From Paramoeba atlantica (lineage: Eukaryota; Protista; Discosea), in the NCBI GenBank assembly GCA_977017575.1, contig CDRNVI010000070.1:186001-250000 (forward strand): a stretch of DNA of 64,000 bases. The letters are read 5' to 3'. The translations under genes were made by a program, and so were the position numbers. A model generated the notes under the pieces. The model was not told the DNA's origin. It saw only the letters and a list, made by a program, of their open reading frames with translations, and ran no database searches. Positions 10,718-22,067 of this stretch are shown here, piece by piece (the first letter of the stretch is position 1; each line of letters begins with the position of its first letter).

Positions 10718-13087
10718 ATGTCTGGGTTTCCCCAACCCTCTCCCAGCCCCTGGGGTACCCAACCCAAGCCTGGAAATCCATGGAACCCCACCGCCCCTCC
10801 CACACAACCCCCCACCGCCCCCTCCTCCTTCCCGACCTCAGGTACTACCCTCTCCTGGGGCAGTGCCCCCTCCTCCGCACCCACCCCACCTCCCTGGGGC
10901 GGGTCTACCTCGAACTCTGCCAACCCACCCCCCTCAACGGGGGCCACGAGCAACCCCTGGGGTTCAGCTCCAGCCCTTTCCAACCCAACCCTCTCCTCCT
11001 CTTCTTCCGCTGCTCCTCCCCCCACCCCCGCGAGTACCTCTACCACCTCCCATCCCTGGGGCGCGACGACGAGTACGACGGCGGTGGCTCCCTTAGTAAC
11101 CTCTCAACCTACAGCCTCAGCTACGGCCCCTCCCACGGGCTGGGGCTCTACGACTTCAGCATCCGCACCGTTTAGTGCCAGCACTACGCCCTGGGGAGCC
11201 GCCGCGAAAGTGACACAACCCGCAGCGCTGGCCTGGAATGCCCCAACCGGGGCTTCAACCGGGGCTTCAACCGGGGCTTCCATTCAGCCGGTACCCCCGA
11301 CCGGGTCCTCACTCCCCTGGGGGAGTGGAGCAAGAGAAGGCGTAGGCGGGGGTTCAACAACAGGAGCGAGCGGATCTGTGGGGGGGATGACGACCACGGG
11401 GAGTGGTCCATCATGGGGGAGTACAGCGACAGGAACCCCAGCCACGACCACGGGGACAACGGGGGGGTTCGCGTCCTATACGGGACCTTCTGTCCCAGGT
11501 ACAGGGTTGGGAGAGGTCAAAGCAGGATGGGGAGGGGTGGGTGGGACGTCTGGGACGGCGTCCCGAAACGCGCCGGGTTCGTTGTGGGGGGCACCCAAGA
11601 CGGGGAGTTCGGCGGGGGGTACCGGCACCTCCGGGACCTGGCCAGCACCCTCCTTAAGTGCGGGATCTGCGACCAGTGGTACAGCGACGACGGCCTCCTC
11701 CGCTACGCCGTTTGGTGGCGGTACGCTCACAGGTGCAGTATCCACTTCGCAACCCATGAAGGCCTCAGGTGGGGTCTCCTGGACACTTGGTTCCTCGCCC
11801 GCTGGTACAAATGGTGCTTCAGCTGACAAGCCCGCGTGGGGGGCATCGCAACCGTCCCAGATCGGGACGATTGCCGGCAAATCAGAGATCCAATCTGCGG
11901 GTGCGGCGAAGAATGCCTTCGGTTTTACCCCACCGGACACCAACAAGCCTACTTCAAGTGTGACAAATGCGAATCCATTCGGGGCACAGCCCGCTGCGTC
12001 AACGACGACTCCTGCCGTGACCAGTACGTTCGCCATGGCACCAAGTGCTACAGCTTCTGCCCCGGCGATGCCTACCTTTCCTGGCGCATCGGTCAGTACT
12101 CCGAGTATACCACAACCACGGCCCCTAACGAGTGATTCTGCTAAGTCCACTGGTGCGACTAGTTTGTTCGGCAGCTCAACGACTTCCTCGGGGACTGGTA
12201 CGTTTCCAAGTACCTCCATGAATGTGACGAAAACTGCCGGATCGGAAGGCACGGCACACAAACCAGGAATAGGGTCTACGGGAAGCTCCACGGATCCGCC
12301 GAAAGCTCTGTCAGGCGGTTTCGGCTTTGGGGGCGCCGGGACAACACTCAGCACTACGCCGTCAGCGCCCAGCACCGCAGTGAAGAGTACCAGATCGGAT
12401 ACAAGTTTGTTAGATGATCGGTTACAAGGACGCACTCTGGGACAAATTTTGACCGACTGGGATACCAACTTCTCAGCTGATACGGAACAGTTCCAGAATT
12501 GGTGTAAGATTGTGCAGCAATGGGATCAATACATTGTTTCGAAGGGAGATACTTTACTTAATGTACAGGAAGTCATAAAAAGTCTACACGACAGACAAGT
12601 GAATTTGGTGGATGAGATCGGGCTATTGGAGAAATTGGAGGAGAAATTAGAGGGCGAAACAAGCCGATTGACTGAAGAAATCAAACAACCGTACGGCGCA
12701 ATGCTCGCTGAAGCTGGAGTACAGGAGGGTACTGATGGATCTGGGCTTACGGTCAAATCAGAGGTGGAAGCCATGAGTCATAATCAATCTTTCCAGCAAA
12801 AGGTAGGTTTAGAAAACACTCGGCGCCGCTTACAGCTCTATGACGACATTGATCTCATTGCAAGTAAGGTTGAATATTTGGATAACCGAGTTTATGATGC
12901 ACTCCAATCTCTAAGCGCGGCGCGCCCGTCCACGACGATCGAAAAACTATCAGCTTCGTGTGAGCCTTCGGGCTCTATGCTGAAGGAAATACTAGGGAAC
13001 CAGTTGACCAGCTTAGACACACTGGTTTCTCAATCGGAAGAGCTGGAAGATCTGCAACGGAGAGCATTAGAAAATCTTCCTGCCTGA
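10718..13087 (+). CDS. NUP62: Nup62/Nsp1-like nucleoporin with WG/FG repeats
   Basis: S/T/P/G-rich repeat region, then the Nsp1_C coiled coil (LQGRTLGQILTDW...FQNWCKIVQQWDQYIV). Confidence 0.85.
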   Translation: MSGFPQPSPSPWGTQPKPGNPWNPTAPPTQPPTAPSSFPTSGTTLSWGSAPSSAPTPPPWGGSTSNSANPPPSTGATSNPWGSAPALSNPTLSSSSSAAPPPTPASTSTTSHPWGATTSTTAVAPLVTSQPTASATAPPTGWGSTTSASAPFSASTTPWGAAAKVTQPAALAWNAPTGASTGASTGASIQPVPPTGSSLPWGSGAREGVGGGSTTGASGSVGGMTTTGSGPSWGSTATGTPATTTGTTGGFASYTGPSVPGTGLGEVKAGWGGVGGTSGTASRNAPGSLWGAPKTGSSAGGTGTSGTWPAPSLSAGSATSGTATTASSATPFGGGTLTGAVSTSQPMKASGGVSWTLGSSPAGTNGASADKPAWGASQPSQIGTIAGKSEIQSAGAAKNAFGFTPPDTNKPTSSVTNANPFGAQPAASTTTPAVTSTFAMAPSATASAPAMPTFPGASVSTPSIPQPRPLTSDSAKSTGATSLFGSSTTSSGTGTFPSTSMNVTKTAGSEGTAHKPGIGSTGSSTDPPKALSGGFGFGGAGTTLSTTPSAPSTAVKSTRSDTSLLDDRLQGRTLGQILTDWDTNFSADTEQFQNWCKIVQQWDQYIVSKGDTLLNVQEVIKSLHDRQVNLVDEIGLLEKLEEKLEGETSRLTEEIKQPYGAMLAEAGVQEGTDGSGLTVKSEVEAMSHNQSFQQKVGLENTRRRLQLYDDIDLIASKVEYLDNRVYDALQSLSAARPSTTIEKLSASCEPSGSMLKEILGNQLTSLDTLVSQSEELEDLQRRALENLPA

Positions 13088-13440
13088 ACTATTCGGCACA
13101 ATTTATGCTTTTGCGCAGTACTCTTAAGTAGTACTCGTATCATGAGGAGAAATTGTAGTATTCCGGTTCACAATCCAGAGGATTCACGTTTTTAGATGTT
13201 TTCAGCGATTGAATTTAAGCGATGCTTGCTTGACGCTCGTAATTCGTCCCCTTGGATTCCACTGCTAAGACAGGAATAACAAGACGTGAGTATGGTTTTA
13301 CATTCTATGTAAAAGCTTTACGAAGGATACAGACTTCATAATATCGCAAAGAATTGAATAGGAAGACATAGCGCGTGTTCGATTTAACTTTCCAACTTAT
13401 ATAAACCTACTTCTTCTTTTTACCCTTAACTTCACATGAC

Positions 13441-15006
13441 ATGAGGCGCTGCTTTCGACTTTTACACCACTCCGCTCTGCCATGGGAATCTACCTTAAAA
13501 CAGAAAATTCCCACCCTTCACGATCGCGGGAGTCCGTACTACAAAGCGCTCGGGACGGCTATTCTGAATGAGTCCAAAGTATGCGACGCAGGGGAGGGCA
13601 CCTACGCGGAGTGTCTCATTGCACGACGACAGCTGGAGCAAATACTCCGCAGCATGGGGTACGAGCTTGATGTCCTGTTCTTTGGGGGTCTCGTCTCCCT
13701 GGGATTCTTCGAAGTCAGCGGGGATTTAGACTTTGTCGGGCTCGGCGACGTCGAGCCTCGGCACGAGGAGGCGGCGGCGATTGCACAGCGTGTGTCCAAG
13801 GAGATGCGACGGCTGGGACTGCGCTCGATGGCGATTCCCAGAGCAAAAGTTCCCGTGGTGCGCTGTGATCGCACTTCCGTGTGGCTCCCCGGGACTCCCG
13901 TGACACCGGAGAGTGCGACAGTGTCGTTTCCCTTCGCCCGCCCGCTAAGCTCCGAGGAACGTGACTCATTCTGGTCTCGGTTAGAATCTCGTTACGGTGT
14001 CCGGCTGCGACAAACGTGGCGAGCGGACCACCAGTGTGTGGCAGTACAGTTTCACAACACCGAGGACGCTGTGCACGCGATGACGAGTATTCGCAGACAC
14101 GGGGATGTGGAGATTCCAGTGCGTGCGCCGCTGGATGCGAGAAACGCCCCCGAGCTGTATCGCTACCCCTTTGACCTGTGTTTCGGCTCTATGGGATTGC
14201 AAAATACATTTTTGATGCGTCGCGCGTTGATGGCCTATCCGGGAGCCAGACATCTATTGTTAGCGCTGAAGAAATGGGGAAAAGGTTGCAGGACGATAAA
14301 CTCATTGGATGGGTATTTGGCGTCCTATGCGTACACTAGCATGCTAGCCCACTTTTTGGTGCAGTGTGACAGAATAGCACCACTGAATCCAGAAGAGTTA
14401 ATGACGGAACCACAGCTGCTACCGAAGGATCCGGAATACGTGTCGTTGCGCGCAGACAGCCCTGATCCAACTGATGTAGGATACCTGTTTGTGCACTTTA
14501 TTTGCTACTTTGCTCACATTTTTGATTACGATAACAGTGTGGTGTGCTGCACGACGAAGGATATGTCCAAATCTTCTCTTCATTGGACCACGGAACGCGA
14601 AGGGGAAAACGGAAAGCCTCCGTATTACTCATTTGCAATGAAAGATCCGTACGGTTCAGAGAACATTGCGCGAGTTGTTGATGCAACGCGACTCAAATTT
14701 ATTCGAGACAGCTTCTCACTGGCAGCACACGTGCTGTGCTCCGAAGCGAACGACCCCGAGTTCGCGTTGAAGCATCTCTTGGAAGATGCCCCAAGACCTT
14801 CCATAAAGCAAAATTTAGAGACATCCATGGAAACAGAAGACGCTCGACGGCTTTTGTTCAAGAAACAATTTCAGCATCAACGACACCGTAAGGATACGTA
14901 CGGTGAACATGCCATGCAAGAACAAAAGCAACAAACTGCTGCGTCTAGCATTGCGCAAAGCGTCGTAGGATGGTTAGGGACTCGGAAAAAACAATCACAA
15001 AATTAA
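13441..15006 (+). CDS. KPAP1: Kinetoplast poly(A) polymerase 1-like (TUTase/non-canonical PAP family)
   Basis: Nucleotidyltransferase FGG...GDLDFVG, RAKVPVV, RET2-type middle-domain insertion, LKKWG...DGYLASYA, DPYG. 521 aa with a mitochondrial-type N-terminus. Confidence 0.8.
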   Translation: MRRCFRLLHHSALPWESTLKQKIPTLHDRGSPYYKALGTAILNESKVCDAGEGTYAECLIARRQLEQILRSMGYELDVLFFGGLVSLGFFEVSGDLDFVGLGDVEPRHEEAAAIAQRVSKEMRRLGLRSMAIPRAKVPVVRCDRTSVWLPGTPVTPESATVSFPFARPLSSEERDSFWSRLESRYGVRLRQTWRADHQCVAVQFHNTEDAVHAMTSIRRHGDVEIPVRAPLDARNAPELYRYPFDLCFGSMGLQNTFLMRRALMAYPGARHLLLALKKWGKGCRTINSLDGYLASYAYTSMLAHFLVQCDRIAPLNPEELMTEPQLLPKDPEYVSLRADSPDPTDVGYLFVHFICYFAHIFDYDNSVVCCTTKDMSKSSLHWTTEREGENGKPPYYSFAMKDPYGSENIARVVDATRLKFIRDSFSLAAHVLCSEANDPEFALKHLLEDAPRPSIKQNLETSMETEDARRLLFKKQFQHQRHRKDTYGEHAMQEQKQQTAASSIAQSVVGWLGTRKKQSQN

Positions 15007-15460
15007 TGGATTTATGTGGTGTGCCGGATTTTTTTGCTTTGAATTCTTGTAGCCGGCCGCAAACGAAGATTATTTTAGTATTATCGCGATGGAAATACAC
15101 GTATAGTACATATGCCACTATCATGCACTTTGACGCATGTCCTAGGAGACAGACTATATAGAATGTAATCTCCGCATTAGAATATCTACGTGAGTGTTAC
15201 ATCTGTGGCTTTGTCTGGTATTTCGTGATATTCATGTTCATCGGAAGATACTTCGTATTCTACAGAAAACGGAATAATCGCGCAGGATGGGCACGATTGT
15301 TTCCGCCTGGTATTTCTTCTTTTTGCACTTCAGATAATGGTGCATCCTAAACTAGACATCCTCATTAGACATTTCGGTCAGTAAAGCTTATGCTTTACAC
15401 TTTGGTTCTTCATGTAGTATACGTTGGTTCTTTAGTGTCCACTATCTCACTTACTACTAC

Positions 15461-17617
15461 ATGTTGAATTTGAAACAAGGACGAAAAGACCGACCTGCAA
15501 AGCGAATTAACGTTCCAGGGAGAAAGAAGCGTAGTCCAAAGCCGGAGCACCCTGAAAAGGGAAATGTTAAGAAATCTCAAACTATGCACGATTTCTCCCC
15601 GGTGGTTAATAAGGGCTCTGGAACGAGGATTAGAGTGACATGTCTCCCGCGTGATGTTAAAGAAGGGGAACTCCGAGATCGTTTCAGCGCAGAAGGTGAA
15701 ATAACTGATCTTGTCATCTTACGTACCGTACTTGGGATCCCTCGCATGGCATTCATTGGGTATAAGCTACCTCCCGCAGCCACTAAGGCCATAAAACGTC
15801 ACAACAGTTCGTTTTTCAAAAACTGCAGGATACAAGTCGAACTTGCTCGCCCGCCAGAACTTTGTACGCGCGCAAGTCAGGAGGCATTGTTGAACGAAAC
15901 GCATATAGCTTTGAAAAACAGAACTTCAACACTACGGGAAAGCAATACGGGAATTTCAAGGTCGGACGATTCGAAGGGTGAAACGGCAAACCTTCCATCT
16001 CAAAACTCTGCAATATCTAAAAGCGATGCACATTTTCTTGCGTCTATTACAGCTGCAAACGAAAAATTCGATGATACGCCAGTTGTTGACAACTCGAAGG
16101 TTTCTGAAGAATCTGAAACCATATATTTAAATGAAATATCTCCCGACACAACTCGCATTATCTTGAAAAATATACCGTATACCGCTCAGGATACGTCGAT
16201 TCGAAAAATGTGTTCGAAAGCTGTGGGTCCAGTGGAAGAAGTGCATATTCCACTTACGCTAGATTCTCGGCAATCCAAAGGCGTGGCGTTCGTTACATTT
16301 TCTCGTAGCAGGGATGTCATAGATGCGTTAAGGAAATTGAGCGGTCGCATGTTTCAGGGACGTTTGTTGGTAGCTGAAGTGGCAGAGGAGATACCAACAC
16401 GTAAATTTGATTCGTCGAAAGATGAACAGTTTCGGAAGAAAGCAAAAACTGAGACAGCGTCTGCTCTATCTAATCCGTTGTATATCAACACAAATACTGC
16501 TACAGCAGAAGTCGCTTCCCGACTCAAAATTACCAAGCACGACCTTGTGAATACTTCAATTGAAAATGTAGCTGTACGAGCGGCAGCTGCGGAGGCCCTT
16601 CTAACATCGGAAACACAAGTAGTTTTAAGTAAAGATGGAATAAATGTTGAATGCCTTCGACCTGAGAGACTAAACATCAATACTCCAAGGAGCAGCGACA
16701 CGCTGCTTGTAAAAAACCTGCCTCAGTTAACGGCCACCATTATGGATGAATTGAAGACACTATTCGAACAACATGGATCCTTAGAAAAAATATGCTCTCC
16801 GAGCAGAGTCGGTCCTGCCATAATTTCTTACTTACACGCAACAGATGCTGGCGCGGCATTTCGACGACTTTCATTTCATGTTTTTCATGAGAAGCCCTTG
16901 TTTCTTCAGTGGGCACCTTTGGGTTTACTGACTACTCAAACCATAGAAAAAAAAGTCCAAGAGGACGAAATTGATGTTGATGATATGGAATTCATGAGTG
17001 GGTCTACTGTCCACGTAAAGAATCTTCCACATTCGTGTACCAACACTCAGTTGCGAGAGACGTTTTCAAAACATTTTACAAAGGTGAAACGGAATCCTGA
17101 ATGCATTCGTAGCATAAAAGTACTAGCTCAGAAAGGGTATGGATTCGTAGAGTTCGTGGACGCAAATGTAAGGAATTTGTGCTTACGAGCTTTTGAAAAT
17201 GCTTGTGCTACCCTTGATGGTAGGATATTGACGCTTGAAAAGGCGCACACCCATGCAGGTGCGCAAGAAGAGACGTTGCACCGCACAGAAAACCATTCGA
17301 CGACGTTCAATGATGTGGAGGATATATTGAGGTGTCCTCCGGGATATGACCCCCTGAAGCTAACGCTGAAGAACGTGCCATTCGAGGCAACACCTAGCGA
17401 AATTAAGTCATTGTTTTCTGCCTTTACAGAAATTCGAAATGTTCGCATACCAAAACGATTGTACCGATACGACACCACCAGAAAAAGTAATCACAGGGGA
17501 TTTGCATTTGTTGAGTTTACTACGGAGGATGGAGCACGTGAAGCTCTTCGAATGCTTAGCCAAACGCATTTATACGGACGACATTTGATTTTGGAGTATG
17601 CTAAAATGGGCGACTAA
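15461..17617 (+). CDS. MRD1: Multiple-RRM pre-rRNA processing protein Mrd1/RBM19
   Basis: Five RRMs (MAFIGY, KGVAFVTF, LFLQWAP, GYGFVEF, HRGFAFVEF...HLYGRHLILEYA), with the conserved AAAEALL segment. Confidence 0.9.
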   Translation: MLNLKQGRKDRPAKRINVPGRKKRSPKPEHPEKGNVKKSQTMHDFSPVVNKGSGTRIRVTCLPRDVKEGELRDRFSAEGEITDLVILRTVLGIPRMAFIGYKLPPAATKAIKRHNSSFFKNCRIQVELARPPELCTRASQEALLNETHIALKNRTSTLRESNTGISRSDDSKGETANLPSQNSAISKSDAHFLASITAANEKFDDTPVVDNSKVSEESETIYLNEISPDTTRIILKNIPYTAQDTSIRKMCSKAVGPVEEVHIPLTLDSRQSKGVAFVTFSRSRDVIDALRKLSGRMFQGRLLVAEVAEEIPTRKFDSSKDEQFRKKAKTETASALSNPLYINTNTATAEVASRLKITKHDLVNTSIENVAVRAAAAEALLTSETQVVLSKDGINVECLRPERLNINTPRSSDTLLVKNLPQLTATIMDELKTLFEQHGSLEKICSPSRVGPAIISYLHATDAGAAFRRLSFHVFHEKPLFLQWAPLGLLTTQTIEKKVQEDEIDVDDMEFMSGSTVHVKNLPHSCTNTQLRETFSKHFTKVKRNPECIRSIKVLAQKGYGFVEFVDANVRNLCLRAFENACATLDGRILTLEKAHTHAGAQEETLHRTENHSTTFNDVEDILRCPPGYDPLKLTLKNVPFEATPSEIKSLFSAFTEIRNVRIPKRLYRYDTTRKSNHRGFAFVEFTTEDGAREALRMLSQTHLYGRHLILEYAKMGD

Positions 17618-17834
17618 TTTACTCTTCTTTCAAGAATATCGGATTCGAATGAAGTTTCCGTAAATAATTGACTTGTGTGTAAACATACTCATCTCTTACA
17701 GTGCCAACTGCTTTGGAAATCAAAAACTCTATACGTTTCATAACTCCCAATAACGTAATGCAATCGCACATTATTCTACTATGGTATTCGGAAATGATTT
17801 ATGGTCGCCCATCAATAGAGGTCAAAACAATAAA

Positions 17835-19640
17835 ATGAGGAAATCCGCATTGATTTACGACGCTGCCTGTGCACTGCATCGCTCTGAACAATCTAGTACA
17901 CATCCGGAATGTCCAGAACGCGTTACGGTGACTCTTCAGCACTTAAAGAATGCTGGCCTATTGGAAAAGGTCGCGCTTGTTGATTCAGCACCACTATGCT
18001 CTCAAGCGAGGTTATCGTACGCGCACGATCCTGAATATGTCGAAACAACGGTGGAGTTTCTCCGCAGTCGACAATACATCCCGTTAAGCGACAACAATCA
18101 GGAGTGTGATGCTGATGAGTTATTGGACATGATAGAGAACGAAGACCTTTCTAACAAATGTTGTTCGAATGACGTCACTGATACCAGACGGTTTGAGGCA
18201 ACTGACCGTAATGAAACTTATGCCACAGATTGCGAAGAAGGAATGAGCTCTGGCACTGCAAGTGAAACCGTATTTGACCAATCTAGTGATTTGTTTTATA
18301 ATCAATATTCCCACGACGCATGTCTAAAGGCTGCAGGTGGAGCTGTGGAGGCGGCACTCATGGTCGCGAGAGGTGAAGTGCACAATGCGTTCTGTCTGAC
18401 ACGTCCTCCCGGACACCACGCCGACTATAAGAAAGCCAGTGGTTTTTGTTTCTTCAATAACGTAGCAGTGGCAGCCCAAACATTGCTACGCGAGACTTCC
18501 CATATACGCAAGATTCTAATATTTGACTGGGATGTCCACCATGGGGACGGTACGGAAAATATCTTTTATGACGACCCGCAGGTGCTTTGCTTTTCAATGC
18601 ATCAATTTGCAAAGGGTCGCCCGCATATTTTACTTGCGAACAATAAAACGATTCTTCCGAATGAAAAACCTCTGGGTGACGATGTGCAAGCATATCACCC
18701 TGACGCGTCAACTAGCCACGCGGACGATTCCAATAAGGAAGGGGGTATAATCAAGAGAGAAACGCAACATAAAGAGGTCAAAGAGCCTCCTACGACTTTT
18801 GAACATGGCAAACCAAGGTCATTCGCTGATGTGGAAGACGAATATAGAGGAGACTTCAATGAGTCTGTCAAACGAACCAGAAGATCTCGTAATATTGACT
18901 ACGTTTCTCTGGCTAAAAACTTGGAAGATCAAGGCAGATTAAACGACAATTTTTTCTATGATGAGCTTTTTACGCAAGAAACCCGGGTTAACCATCAACT
19001 CGACGACGTCAGAACGTTCGGATATAGCAAAGAAGTGCAATCCCCGTCCCGCGATGGGGCCTCCGTCCGATCACTTGCTGAGGAATCGGAAGCTGACGAT
19101 TCCGATTTCTCCTATGATCCAGAGGGATCATCTTGCGGCTCATTGTCCAACGCCGAAACGTACGACAGTACACAACCTTGCTTCTATCCCGGAACTGGAA
19201 AAGCCGACCGACTAGGTGGAGTTGGTGCGTTAGGTCGGAATATAAATATCCCGTGGCCGGCTCACGGTTTTGGAGACCTAGAGTATTGCTACATAGTGGA
19301 ACGAATTCTCCTGCCAGTAATAGACAATTTTCAGCCTGACTTTGTATTTATTGCCTCCGGATTTGATGCCGTTCGTGGAGATACCTTGGGGAGCATGAAC
19401 GTTACTCCAAGTGGTTTCGCACGCATGACTGAACTTATCTTGAATAGTGTGCCTCATGGTAGAGTCGTATGTACACTTGAAGGCGGATACAATGTTTCTC
19501 AAGTAGCGCTTTGCGCAGAATCTGTCATTCGGACTCTTTTGGGAGGAAAAGCAATACAGGAATCTCCCATACTGATACACCGTGCTCAACGGCTCGCGAC
19601 AGAGACATATAAAGGGATTCAACCACTCTTCAGGAAATGA
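17835..19640 (+). CDS. Class II histone deacetylase (DAC3-like, with acidic insertion)
   Basis: HPECPER, RPPGHHA, GFCFFNNVA, DWDVHHGDG, SGFDA, TLEGGY. Long acidic insertion between HQF and FYPGTG. Confidence 0.92.
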   Translation: MRKSALIYDAACALHRSEQSSTHPECPERVTVTLQHLKNAGLLEKVALVDSAPLCSQARLSYAHDPEYVETTVEFLRSRQYIPLSDNNQECDADELLDMIENEDLSNKCCSNDVTDTRRFEATDRNETYATDCEEGMSSGTASETVFDQSSDLFYNQYSHDACLKAAGGAVEAALMVARGEVHNAFCLTRPPGHHADYKKASGFCFFNNVAVAAQTLLRETSHIRKILIFDWDVHHGDGTENIFYDDPQVLCFSMHQFAKGRPHILLANNKTILPNEKPLGDDVQAYHPDASTSHADDSNKEGGIIKRETQHKEVKEPPTTFEHGKPRSFADVEDEYRGDFNESVKRTRRSRNIDYVSLAKNLEDQGRLNDNFFYDELFTQETRVNHQLDDVRTFGYSKEVQSPSRDGASVRSLAEESEADDSDFSYDPEGSSCGSLSNAETYDSTQPCFYPGTGKADRLGGVGALGRNINIPWPAHGFGDLEYCYIVERILLPVIDNFQPDFVFIASGFDAVRGDTLGSMNVTPSGFARMTELILNSVPHGRVVCTLEGGYNVSQVALCAESVIRTLLGGKAIQESPILIHRAQRLATETYKGIQPLFRK

Positions 19641-19841
19641 AAACTTGCCTGGCCTGTGTGAAATACATAGGGGATTAGGGATAATGCTAATACGGAGGAA
19701 TCGGTACGACTGTGGTTCGTTCCATAGATTTTATATGTATTACGATACTATGATAGAACCTTTCCACCTTGTGTGCTCAAACTTCCACGCACCTTCCCGC
19801 AAAAACGCTTTTTACCATCATTTTTACCATTTTTTCCAAAT

Positions 19842-22067
19842 ATGTTTAGTCGTTCCTTTTTTCGCAAACTAACTACACAGCATTTGGCTCGTTTACAAAA
19901 GATACGAAACATTGGAATCAGTGCCCACATTGACAGTGGTAAGACAACCCTTACTGAACGGATCCTGTTCTATACAGGGAAAATCAAAGCGATTCATGAG
20001 GTCAAGGGAAGCGATGAAATTGGGGCTACAATGGATTCTATGGAACTGGAACGTGAACGCGGGATTACAATACGCTCTGCGGCGACACACTGTCACTGGA
20101 AGGATACCCCGATCAATCTCATCGATACTCCTGGACATGTGGACTTTACCATCGAAGTGGAACGTGCGTTACGGGTGTTGGATGGCGCTGTTCTGGTCGT
20201 TTGTGCCGTCGGAGGGGTACAGAGTCAGACAATTACTGTAGACCGTCAGATGCGTCGCTACGGAGTACCGCGTTTGGTTTTCATCAACAAAATGGACCGA
20301 GATGGCGCCAACCCAGAGAAGGCGATCAAGGCGTTGCGGGATAGGCTACACATTAGATGTGCGCCGATGCAGTTACCCATAGGTGTTGCCCACGAATTTG
20401 AGGGCGTCGTAGATATTTTGGACGAGAAGGCTTACTACTTTGAAGGGAAATATGGTGAAAACCTTCGTGCGGAGAACGTTCCTGACTTCTTGTCAAAAGA
20501 GGTACATTCTCAAAGACAGGAACTATTTACATTATTAGCTGAAGTCGACCCTGAACTGGAAGATATTTTTCTAAACGACAAGATACCGAGTTCGGAACAG
20601 CTAAGAGCAGCTGTTCGTCGTACGTGCGTGAATCGGACGTTTGTTCCTGTGTTCGTTGGATCGGCGTACAAAAACAAAGGGGTACAGCAGCTCTTGGACG
20701 CCGTGGAAATGTTCCTACCGAATCCGAGGGAAAGGGTAAATAGCGCCTACACCATCAAAGATGTTGAAGACGATGAAGGTTCTTCTCAACGCGTAAGGGG
20801 AGAACGCGTTGAGCTTGCGAATGATGACGAAAAACCTCTTGTTGCGCTTGCGTTCAAATTGGAAGAAACCAAAAGTACAGGGCTTTCTAATCACATTCGC
20901 GTTTATCAAGGCAAGATCCGTAAAGGAGATTCCCTGCGAAATGTTCGAACAGGACAGAATTTCTCTGTCCACAAACTTGTTCGTATGCACTCCAACCATA
21001 CCGAAAATGTTGATGAAGTGCGCTGCGGAGAGATTTGTGCGGTACTGGGCGAACTTGGTTTAAGTAGCGGTGATACTATGGTGAAAAATGTTCCGCCGTC
21101 AAGTCCCATGTGGGCTGGTAATATCGTATTAGAAAATATGTTTGTTCCTCCGCCGGTAATGTCTTTTACGATTAAACCGAAAAGGTCTGTCGACAAGCAT
21201 GAAATGGAAACTCGTTTGAAAGCATTTATGAGGGAAGATCCAACATTATGTGTGTCGAACAATGCGGAGACCGGTGAGCTTATCACAGAAGGAATGGGTG
21301 AATTACATCTTGAAATTTATTTCGAACGGTTGCGCAGGGAGTACGGTATTGACACGATAGTTGGTCGACCAACTGTGAACTACCGCGAAACTATACAAGA
21401 AAAGATGGTTTTCGACTATACTCATAAACGACAAACAGGAGGACAGGGCCAGTTTGCACATGTGAAAGGTGTTATAGAGCCAATGGAAATCGACTTAAAA
21501 TCCGACGTAGGAGTAAAGAATCGCATTGTACTTCGTTGTCCGAATTCAGAAATTCGAGAAAATTTACAAAAAAGCTTTCTTAAGCAGTTCGAAATGCGTA
21601 TCCTTGGCAAAGGTCCAATGATGCGAGCACCTCTGTGGGGGTTTCGTCTAGTTTTGGAAGGTGGCAGCACGCACGATGTTGATTCGACTGATATTGCCTT
21701 CAGAGCTTGTGCACAAAATTTATTTGACGAATACTTTCCCAAATGTAATCCTACTCTTCTTGAGCCATGGATGTCAGTTGAAATCTCAACACCTGGTGAC
21801 ACGTTTACCGAAGTCATGAGCGAGTTTCAAAGGCGAGGCGGAACTGTGGCGGATACCACCGTAAGCCCTGCGGAAGCTATATTAAATGGTGAAGCAAGTT
21901 TGGATTCCATGTTCGGATTTATTACCAGATTGCGCTCCTTGACAAAAGGTGTTGGGACATTCAGTATGGAATTTCTAGAATACAGACCTATGAATGTACA
22001 CACCGCTCAGGAGATTATTGATCGTCGAAACAAAGAACTGGATCGCGAAACGCCGTTCAGACTGTGA
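19842..22067 (+). CDS. GFM1: Mitochondrial elongation factor G1
   Basis: RNIGISAHIDSGKTT, ERERGITI, DTPGHVDF, NKMD, EDPT...GMGELHL, HKRQTGGQGQF. Confidence 0.95.
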   Translation: MFSRSFFRKLTTQHLARLQKIRNIGISAHIDSGKTTLTERILFYTGKIKAIHEVKGSDEIGATMDSMELERERGITIRSAATHCHWKDTPINLIDTPGHVDFTIEVERALRVLDGAVLVVCAVGGVQSQTITVDRQMRRYGVPRLVFINKMDRDGANPEKAIKALRDRLHIRCAPMQLPIGVAHEFEGVVDILDEKAYYFEGKYGENLRAENVPDFLSKEVHSQRQELFTLLAEVDPELEDIFLNDKIPSSEQLRAAVRRTCVNRTFVPVFVGSAYKNKGVQQLLDAVEMFLPNPRERVNSAYTIKDVEDDEGSSQRVRGERVELANDDEKPLVALAFKLEETKSTGLSNHIRVYQGKIRKGDSLRNVRTGQNFSVHKLVRMHSNHTENVDEVRCGEICAVLGELGLSSGDTMVKNVPPSSPMWAGNIVLENMFVPPPVMSFTIKPKRSVDKHEMETRLKAFMREDPTLCVSNNAETGELITEGMGELHLEIYFERLRREYGIDTIVGRPTVNYRETIQEKMVFDYTHKRQTGGQGQFAHVKGVIEPMEIDLKSDVGVKNRIVLRCPNSEIRENLQKSFLKQFEMRILGKGPMMRAPLWGFRLVLEGGSTHDVDSTDIAFRACAQNLFDEYFPKCNPTLLEPWMSVEISTPGDTFTEVMSEFQRRGGTVADTTVSPAEAILNGEASLDSMFGFITRLRSLTKGVGTFSMEFLEYRPMNVHTAQEIIDRRNKELDRETPFRL

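Noticed and set aside
6439-12468. Long minus-strand ORFs over eIF3g and Nup62 (e.g. 6483-7451, 11476-12468)
   Set aside because: Shadow ORFs caused by GC-rich, stop-poor sequence opposite recognised genes.
18613-19180. Large acidic insertion in the HDAC catalytic domain as a novelty
   Set aside because: A comparable insertion is already known in trypanosomatid DAC3.
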